A program made the position numbers and the translations under genes. The notes beneath the pieces are model-generated. The model saw only the letters and a program-made list of their open reading frames with translations, was not told where the DNA came from and did no database searches. This document shows positions 36,005 through 41,690 of a DNA stretch of 41,690 nt, in pieces (the first letter of the stretch is position 1; each line of letters begins with the position of its first letter). This stretch comes from a virus (taxonomy: Duplodnaviria > Caudoviricetes): IMG/VR virus record IMGVR_UViG_3300047550_000958, positions 1 to 41,690 of that record. The stretch is one strand, 5' to 3'.

Positions 36005-36343
36005 TCAGAAGTCGAGGCCGCTGATAGACTTAACGTTTTTCTTCCAGTTGCGGTTGCCAACGGGATCCGCCGACTTGGGGCAGTAGCGGTCAGCGAGGAA
36101 GTCGAGGAACTTGCCGGGTTTGCCGGCGGCCTGCCAGCGACGGTGGTTGTTGCGGATCGTGTTCAAGCAGACCTTGCGAGCTTCGGTGGTGTTTTTGACT
36201 TTGACCGACAGGATGCCGTAGGGAGCTTTAGCCTTGGCACCACCCTCCACACGATAGATGACGTCAGCGATGCGGTTGGCGTCGAGAGCGAGAGCGTTTG
36301 AGGCGAGGACGACAAACAATACGAGATACTTGGTAAGATACAT
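36005..36343 (-). CDS. Signal-peptide-bearing lysozyme-like protein (putative)
   Basis: 112 aa; signal peptide ...ASNALA; IYRVEGG (candidate catalytic Glu), PYG, RYCP...NWKKNV. Confidence 0.55.
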   Translation of the reverse strand: MYLTKYLVLFVVLASNALALDANRIADVIYRVEGGAKAKAPYGILSVKVKNTTEARKVCLNTIRNNHRRWQAAGKPGKFLDFLADRYCPKSADPVGNRNWKKNVKSISGLDF

Positions 36344-36482
36344 GTGAGTTACTGGTTAAGTTACTTGGTTTGGTTACTTGCTACGGGGAACAGTTAACCA
36401 CAGGTCCATCATGTCGTCTACAGAAATCTACAGAAATCTTTGAGCACGATTCCGATCAATGTTTGCAGGCGTTTGCTGCGTG

Positions 36483-36662
36483 TCAGGCCCGGCGGAACTT
36501 GGCCTCGAACTCAGATGTTCTTCGGACGTACAGCTTTCCGTTTCGCTCGTAGACCGTGGCCTTCTCCCTGATCTCCCCTGCTCGGAATTCCGCGTTTCCC
36601 AGCCTTGTGACGCTGGTTTCCGGCTTCGCCTTGCACACCCATAGCTCTTGGTTCGCGTTCAT
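36483..36662 (-). CDS. 59-aa DUF1653-like protein (below ORF-track cutoff)
   Basis: Hand translation MNANQELWVCKAKPE...TVYERNGKLYVRRTSEFEAKFRRA. Confidence 0.6.
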   Translation of the reverse strand: MNANQELWVCKAKPETSVTRLGNAEFRAGEIREKATVYERNGKLYVRRTSEFEAKFRRA

Positions 36663-36768
36663 CTAGTCGGTCGAGTAAGAATCCAATCGTGTCTTTGAGC
36701 CTCTCGTTTTCAGAAGCCAACGTGTTGACCATCGAGGTCAGTTGGTCAATTCGAGCGGCAGTGTCCAC
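36511..36768 (-). CDS. Coiled-coil protein whose C-terminal part overlaps the next gene
   Basis: GTG start; IDQLTSMVNTLASENERLKDTI; the tail reads as the off-frame of 36483-36662. Confidence 0.5.
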   Translation of the reverse strand: MDTAARIDQLTSMVNTLASENERLKDTIGFLLDRLDEREPRAMGVQGEAGNQRHKAGKRGIPSRGDQGEGHGLRAKRKAVRPKNI

Positions 36769-36789
36769 CAGTGGACTCTAGAGGGAAAC

Positions 36790-36904
36790 ATCCCCGGCAC
36801 CAGCCCTATGCAAGCTGTTAGGTCTACCTAGGAGGGGGAGTACCATGCCGGGGATCGGCTGCCACTCAGCAGCCTAAAACGTACGCGTGGTCAGGTATGC
36901 GCGT
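36790..36904 (-). ncRNA. Candidate structured intergenic RNA (multi-stem)
   Basis: ATCCCCGGCA/TGCCGGGGAT (36790-36799 / 36846-36855) enclosing two small stems; GGCTGC/GCAGCC; ACGCG/CGCGT. No family recognised. Confidence 0.4.
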
Positions 36905-36920
36905 CCCACCGATCTACAAC

Positions 36921-37385
36921 CTATGCTACACATCGTCCCCCACCCAAACCAAAGCGGAGGACAAGAACTGCATCTGCCGTGGCAAGCGTCACGTCAAGCG
37001 TCGGATACAATTCTTCTGCCTTGGCCTTCAGCTTACGCTTCCATTCCGCTTGAGACTTACAGGACCGTCGACCACCCAGACCCAATGGTTCCTGCCACGC
37101 CTTTGGTTGCACTCTGTGCAGGCTGTAGCCCAGCGCCACGGCTGCGCCTTCGACCCTGCCAACGTTCTGGAACAGCACTGCGGTCGTGGAGCTTGGGATG
37201 TTCTTGCCTGTGAACTTGGGGACCTCCTCGATCCACAGCTCCGCATCAGCCACCTTATGCGTCCGCAGTATGCCTACGATCCCCGGCACGCTGTCAGGCA
37301 TGGACCAGAGCGTGATGACCCCACCAGCGTCACGGATAGCCAGACCACCAGAGACGCCGGGATCCACAGCAACGATGGTCCTCAT
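36921..37385 (-). CDS. RuvC-like Holliday junction resolvase
   Basis: VAVDPGVSGGLA, IEEV, VQPKAWQ, ADAVLV. Confidence 0.8.
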   Translation of the reverse strand: MRTIVAVDPGVSGGLAIRDAGGVITLWSMPDSVPGIVGILRTHKVADAELWIEEVPKFTGKNIPSSTTAVLFQNVGRVEGAAVALGYSLHRVQPKAWQEPLGLGGRRSCKSQAEWKRKLKAKAEELYPTLDVTLATADAVLVLRFGLGGGRCVA

Positions 37386-38380
37386 ACTTTGGCCAGATAG
37401 GTGGACGCAGGCTTGTGCCGGATCAGGCCAGACAGCCGCTCGGTGACACGATTCTCAGCCTCCTTTCGTGTCAGACCCAGCTTCTGGTACTCAGCGATCA
37501 AACTGGTGATCGAGAGTTTGCAGGCATTGATGAATGCCTCGGAAGCCAGCCCTGAGCGGCTGAACGCCTCGTTGATGTCCTCCGGCGCTATCTCTCGACT
37601 GCCAGCGCGTGTCTTGAGCGCGTAGCCGGGGATCTCCAACCCGTCCTTCGCGGCCTGAGCGCAGTATTGCTTCACCTCTGCCGCCCAGTCAGCGGCTAGA
37701 CTAGCTAGATTAAGTGCCTTTGCCAGCGACTCCGGGGAGGTGACAGACAAGTCCTCGACCCGGGCCAGCTCGTAGGCGTCAGCAACCTTGTTGACCTCCT
37801 TGAGCCTAACTTTGCAGTAGGCCGAGTGTTTGCACCAGCCGCAGTAGTCAGAGACACGGCAGACCGTGGTGGGATCCGCGATCTCATCGAGGATGGGCCA
37901 GAGCAACGCCTCGGCCTCAGCACGCGTGATCGTGTAGGACACCGCCTTGAGCCGCTCACCGAAGAGCAGGTGGACCGTGATCTCTGAGTAGGACTCACGC
38001 TGCATCAGGCCCAATGCATAGGCGGCCATCTGCTCGCGGTAGTTGCGCTCCACCCACTTCAGATCGAACAGATGAGAACCAGCAATGACATCGGCAGTAC
38101 CCCGAAGGACAACAGTGTTATCCCTAGCCACTTCAACCGTGGTCTCGGACAGAATCTGAATGCCAACGGGCACCACAGATCGGATATAGTCAAAGGCCCA
38201 TTGGACGGCCTGTTGTTCTTCAGAGGGAAGTAACGCATAGATGTCCTGCTTGCCTGCCAGCAGCTCGGAGAGAGCTAGGTGACGGTCTGTGCCTGCTTCG
38301 GTGGCCTTGGTTGGTCCGCCGGGTTCCCAGCGCGGTGACTTGGCCTGAGCCGGAAGTGCTGATGGTCTGGTGAGGATCAT
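37382..38380 (-). CDS. PD-(D/E)XK nuclease (DUF2800/Cas4-like recombination exonuclease)
   Basis: RPSAL, GTDRH, GTADV...DLKW, QMAAYA, YCGWC...C. Confidence 0.8.
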   Translation of the reverse strand: MILTRPSALPAQAKSPRWEPGGPTKATEAGTDRHLALSELLAGKQDIYALLPSEEQQAVQWAFDYIRSVVPVGIQILSETTVEVARDNTVVLRGTADVIAGSHLFDLKWVERNYREQMAAYALGLMQRESYSEITVHLLFGERLKAVSYTITRAEAEALLWPILDEIADPTTVCRVSDYCGWCKHSAYCKVRLKEVNKVADAYELARVEDLSVTSPESLAKALNLASLAADWAAEVKQYCAQAAKDGLEIPGYALKTRAGSREIAPEDINEAFSRSGLASEAFINACKLSITSLIAEYQKLGLTRKEAENRVTERLSGLIRHKPASTYLAKV

Positions 38381-39207
38381 GCGGCCTCCTCTGGCGTATG
38401 CTTACGGACCGCATCAAGGAAGGCGTCCGGCTTGCCCAAGATCTTGGAGCAACGCGCTTCGGACAGGTCACGGATCGTCTCACCAGCAGCGATCCACTTC
38501 TTGGCCACGAGGAAGTCTCGGCCTTGGCCCAGCACGTCATTCTCAGCAAGCAGTTTGACCACCTGAGCCTGCAACGTCAGCCCCGGCTCGGTGTCCTCCT
38601 GAGGAGGAGTGGACACGATCTCAACCTCGACCGGAGACGGTGCAGGCTGCGGAGCGATGACCTGCGCCGAAGGCTTCTGGTCGAAGTCCGCGATCTCCTC
38701 AGGCGTGTAGCTGCCAGTGCAGACCTCCGGGGCCAGCATACGAACCGCCTTGGAGATCAGCCTCGCACGCATCATCTCCGCCGGGAACTTGGCCCAGCCG
38801 GAACCGCTACGCGCAGGCAGGAACCCCGCAGCCTTCGCATCCTCGGCAGTGTAGGATAGCTCGATGTCGTTGCCGTCGTAGATGAACTGAGCCTTGGCAC
38901 CAAGCGCGTCGAACTGCTTCCAGATGACCTTGCCTCCCCTTTCCCTGTAGAGGGCCAGCATTGCGTCTGCACGCAGGCTTAGACGGCCTTGAATGACGTG
39001 GTAGTGCTTGGCCATCTCCAGCGGTGGCTTGCGTTCCACGAGGCACTGGAGGGCCAGTAGGTTGCCTTGCTCTGGCCGATCCGCTCCGAACATGCCAGAG
39101 CGACAAATCCACTCACCCAACTGGGTGGCAGCGGACATTGGGTCCGCGACCTTGTCGTAGGTATGCAGGGCGGATGACTGTGTGTGTAGTGTAGGTAGGT
39201 TACTCAT
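38377..39207 (-). CDS. RecT-like ssDNA annealing protein
   Basis: HVIQGRLSLRAD, WAKFPAEMMRARLISKAVR...PEV..GSYTPEE; paired with the exonuclease. Confidence 0.75.
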   Translation of the reverse strand: MSNLPTLHTQSSALHTYDKVADPMSAATQLGEWICRSGMFGADRPEQGNLLALQCLVERKPPLEMAKHYHVIQGRLSLRADAMLALYRERGGKVIWKQFDALGAKAQFIYDGNDIELSYTAEDAKAAGFLPARSGSGWAKFPAEMMRARLISKAVRMLAPEVCTGSYTPEEIADFDQKPSAQVIAPQPAPSPVEVEIVSTPPQEDTEPGLTLQAQVVKLLAENDVLGQGRDFLVAKKWIAAGETIRDLSEARCSKILGKPDAFLDAVRKHTPEEAA

Positions 39208-39356
39208 TGCAGGATGTAGGTTTGTTGGATTGCCTTCTCGACCAACGCCTTGAGCTTGAACCCGCCATCTCGCGCAAATCCCGCGAGCTTGGCGTGTAGC
39301 TTGGAGTCGATCTGCACGGTCTTTAGCGCGACCGGCGTGCGCTTCTTAGCTGTCAC
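39204..39356 (-). CDS. Ribbon-helix-helix-like regulator (50 aa)
   Basis: GTG start; KTVQIDSKLHAKLAGFA...LKALVEKAI; first gene of the early block. Confidence 0.65.
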   Translation of the reverse strand: MTAKKRTPVALKTVQIDSKLHAKLAGFARDGGFKLKALVEKAIQQTYILQ

Positions 39357-39459
39357 GCGGGATGAGATACCACTCAACACTTCACGCGCAACACTTTTCT
39401 GTAGGAATCTACGGCTTGAGCTGGTTGATGCGTGTGATCTCCACCGCACCGTACTGCTC
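39333..39459 (+). repeat. Exact 127-bp direct repeat, copy 2
   Basis: Identical to 1-127. Confidence 0.95.
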
Positions 39460-40005
39460 TGGAGCGCCTGCAAAGTCGGTGGCAATGCCTAGGCCATCAC
39501 CAGCCTGCGCTCGTTCCACCTGATAGCGGATCTGGTAGCTGGTCTTCTTCTTCGGACTGACCAGCGCATTGAGATCTGTGACACCCATGACGCCGCCGCT
39601 GAAGAAGCTGTTAAGGCCGAAGGCTACCGTGGTCTGGTCCGTGCCGTTCCACAAAGCCAGCCGCGTCGCAAGCGTGTGATGGAAGGTGAACACCGCCTTG
39701 ATCTTGTACTTGCCCGGCTCAAGCGTGAACGTGTTCCCAGCCAGCATCTCCACCGTCTCGCCCTCGTCCCAGGTGACCTCGTTGATCGGTCTCGGTGTCC
39801 AGTCCACGACCGTCTGATCCGCAGTGTACGACGTCTGGTCGGCGGTGATCGTCGTCATGTCCGCCGTAATCGCCATCGTGGCTGATCCGCCGTCCTCCCC
39901 TGTGGGGAGCTCCATGTTGAGGATGGCGTTGCGAACCAAGAGCCCATCGACGTCGGCCCTGAGTTTGTTGAGCAACGCGTTCGACGTCTTTGGATCGTAG
40001 GCCAT
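39409..40005 (-). CDS. Putative virion protein (allele B of 77-673)
   Basis: 198 aa, colinear, about 86% identical. Confidence 0.8.
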   Translation of the reverse strand: MAYDPKTSNALLNKLRADVDGLLVRNAILNMELPTGEDGGSATMAITADMTTITADQTSYTADQTVVDWTPRPINEVTWDEGETVEMLAGNTFTLEPGKYKIKAVFTFHHTLATRLALWNGTDQTTVAFGLNSFFSGGVMGVTDLNALVSPKKKTSYQIRYQVERAQAGDGLGIATDFAGAPEQYGAVEITRINQLKP

Positions 40006-40008
40006 TGG

Positions 40009-41688
40009 TCAGCGGAGTTTGCGTTGAATCATGCGCTGCGCCTCGTCGTTGCTCGAAGCGATGCCTAGCAGACCACCTGTCGGGCTGTATACGCGGACTC
40101 GTCCCTTGGTCTTCCCGGGCAGTATGCGATAGCCGCTCATGGAGTAGGCACCGGGGATGGAGGGGTCGGGAACCGGAGCGGGCATGTACTTTTGAGCCTC
40201 AATCATCGAGTATTTCCGGCCAACAGACTTCGGAGCAAACGGCTCGACCGCTACCACATCAGTGAGTTCGTAGCCATACTTCAAGCCTCCCTTTTTTATG
40301 TCGTAAGGTGACCCGGCAGAAACTTGATGACGGCCTTCATCTCTGCGGAACTCAGATTCGTTTTGGTAGACAATTGGCTGCTTTGCGACGGTGGCGTATC
40401 CGACAACTTTCGTGTCTCCAGTTCCTGTTCTGGTGATTCCGATGCGTTGGCCCAACACTCCTTGCAATGCGTTGTTCAACGTATCTCGCGTCTCAATTGT
40501 CTTTTCTCCACGCAGTATCTGACCAGTGAAGTCTTGAGATGAGTCGTTGATGTTTACCGACCGAGTGACTTCACGATCGGACGGCATGAGCCTGGCGCCT
40601 GCTATCTCTGCCGACTGGGGCTGAACGACCGCTGCTGAAACATCTCCGCCAGAAGCTGGAAGTCCTGGGGTCCCGGGCTCCATTCCTTCGTTGGGAGCTG
40701 GCCCACTAGGTACCTGTCTTGCTTCGAGGACAGCCCGCCTGCGGTCCAATTCATTGCGACGGCTAGTTCGGCCATTGTCCGAGGGCGTTGCGGAGCTGTA
40801 TTCTTCGATTCCATAGACAGTTGTGGATACCCACCCGGGTTGCTTGTAGCTGACGTTCTCAATCTGATCGAGCGAGAGAGCAGCGTTTCTCGTCTTGTTC
40901 ATCCATTCGGTCGCGAAGTCAATGGATTTGTCCGGATCAAGGTGCTCGATCGTGTCGAATCTGGCTGAAATCTCAGGGATGTACTGAGCTCTGATTCCGA
41001 TGACCTTGCCCCTGGTATCCTTGGCGATCGTGAATCCGTCGATGCCGTTGGAACGGAACGCTTGAACGACTGCCTGGACGTCTTCAGGTGAAGCTGCCTT
41101 CTTGAACCCGATCTCGACCATTGGCCTTGCGTTTGGATGGTTTTGGTCGACCACCTTCGAGACGAATACATCGTTCTGTTTGCGTCCCTGTTCCGATGCA
41201 ATCCGAATGATCTCTGCGACCTGGCTTGAGATGTCCTGTGAACTTCCGTCTGGCTTGCGTTGAACCGAGAACTCCACGTCAAACGAGGGCTCGATGTAGT
41301 CTCCGTACATGCCATCGGAGTGCGTGACTCTGGAGCTAGTCATCCCGGGGATCTTGGCAATCGAGTTCCTAAGTGCCATCCGCTCCTTCTCCTGGATTTC
41401 TGGGCTGTACTGTTCCGGAGTCGTGAAGGTGGTCACACCGGCCTGATAGCGATCCAGCGCCAGCTTACTTGCTTCCTTGTCGAAGCTGGATTTCTCAGCT
41501 CCGACCGTGGACGTCCATCCGTTCTTCTCCCAGACGTCCTTCTCCATGAACCACATCAGGGCCTGGAGATCGTCTGCGTTCATTCCCAGTCGTTTCGCGA
41601 CCGTGTCGTAGACGTCCTGGGCGAAGAAGAAGTCCGGATCAGTGACGCCAGATTCTTGTTCTGGAAGGATGCGCCATCGCTTTGCTTT
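40009..41688 (-). CDS. Large polyvalent ejection protein, allele B (5'-partial), with ASCH-like module
   Basis: Frame is open to the window end. C-terminal about 58 aa match allele A; QILRGEKTIETR (ASCH GxKxxExR) at 40186-40587; upstream domains differ from allele A. Confidence 0.8.
   Translation of the reverse strand, partial: KAKRWRILPEQESGVTDPDFFFAQDVYDTVAKRLGMNADDLQALMWFMEKDVWEKNGWTSTVGAEKSSFDKEASKLALDRYQAGVTTFTTPEQYSPEIQEKERMALRNSIAKIPGMTSSRVTHSDGMYGDYIEPSFDVEFSVQRKPDGSSQDISSQVAEIIRIASEQGRKQNDVFVSKVVDQNHPNARPMVEIGFKKAASPEDVQAVVQAFRSNGIDGFTIAKDTRGKVIGIRAQYIPEISARFDTIEHLDPDKSIDFATEWMNKTRNAALSLDQIENVSYKQPGWVSTTVYGIEEYSSATPSDNGRTSRRNELDRRRAVLEARQVPSGPAPNEGMEPGTPGLPASGGDVSAAVVQPQSAEIAGARLMPSDREVTRSVNINDSSQDFTGQILRGEKTIETRDTLNNALQGVLGQRIGITRTGTGDTKVVGYATVAKQPIVYQNESEFRRDEGRHQVSAGSPYDIKKGGLKYGYELTDVVAVEPFAPKSVGRKYSMIEAQKYMPAPVPDPSIPGAYSMSGYRILPGKTKGRVRVYSPTGGLLGIASSNDEAQRMIQRKLR
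40602..40814 (-). CDS. Candidate nested +1-frame ORF (70 aa, MESKNTAPQRPRTMAELAVAMNW...)
   Basis: Same relative frame and position as the nested gene in allele A; no SD seen and no family recognised. Confidence 0.4.
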   Translation of the reverse strand: MESKNTAPQRPRTMAELAVAMNWTAGGLSSKQDRYLVGQLPTKEWSPGPQDFQLLAEMFQQRSFSPSRQR

Positions 41689-41690
41689 GC

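Larger units (their letters stand above)
1..39332 (-). mobile_element. Complete or near-complete podovirus-like phage genome (one unit length, circularly permuted)
   Basis: Contiguous single-strand gene array with terminase, portal, capsid, tail, ejection, replication and recombination genes. Sequence at 39333 returns to position 1. No host housekeeping genes or integrase seen. Confidence 0.93.

Noticed and set aside
35682-36060. ORF-track N-terminal extensions (35415-35867, 35761-36060; likewise 32228-32710, 30368-31201, 39204-39485)
   Set aside because: They overlap better-supported upstream genes; downstream starts, mostly with stop/start coupling, were used instead.
36769-36920. tRNA or hammerhead ribozyme
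   Set aside because: No T-loop GTTCRA cloverleaf and no CUGAnGA/GAAA core on either strand.
37382-38380. cas4 / CRISPR-Cas locus
   Set aside because: Stand-alone PD-(D/E)XK nuclease next to a RecT-like gene; no cas genes or array.

Overview
The window is essentially one complete dsDNA tailed-phage genome with a unit length of about 39,332 bp. All credible genes are on the minus strand. It has a podovirus-type virion module (TerS/TerL, portal, scaffold, DUF5309/SU10-type major capsid, fibres, tail adaptor and nozzle, three internal 'ejection' proteins) and a lambdoid-type replication/recombination module (RecT-like annealase, PD-(D/E)XK nuclease, RuvC-like resolvase, iteron-containing initiator, DnaB, SSB-like protein). 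No integrase, CI repressor, polymerase, tRNA or CRISPR was recognised. Bases 1-127 recur exactly at 39333-39459, after which a divergent second allele of the genome's last two genes follows (39460-41690). This is probably an assembly-graph loop through two strains. The paired alleles expose the most interesting system: a large polyvalent ejection protein whose cargo modules are delimited by a repeated [RK]-[FYL]-M-P motif and are swapped between strains (ART-like domain versus ASCH-like domain). In both alleles a small +1-frame ORF is overprinted in the linker just before the swapped module. Other notable items are a two-frame C5 DNA methyltransferase with an in-frame TGA, 11-bp-phased ACGCGT iterons, several structured intergenic elements, a secreted Ig-like protein hinting at a Verrucomicrobia host, and a lysis cassette lacking an adjacent endolysin. 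All family assignments come from motif recognition by eye; no searches were run.
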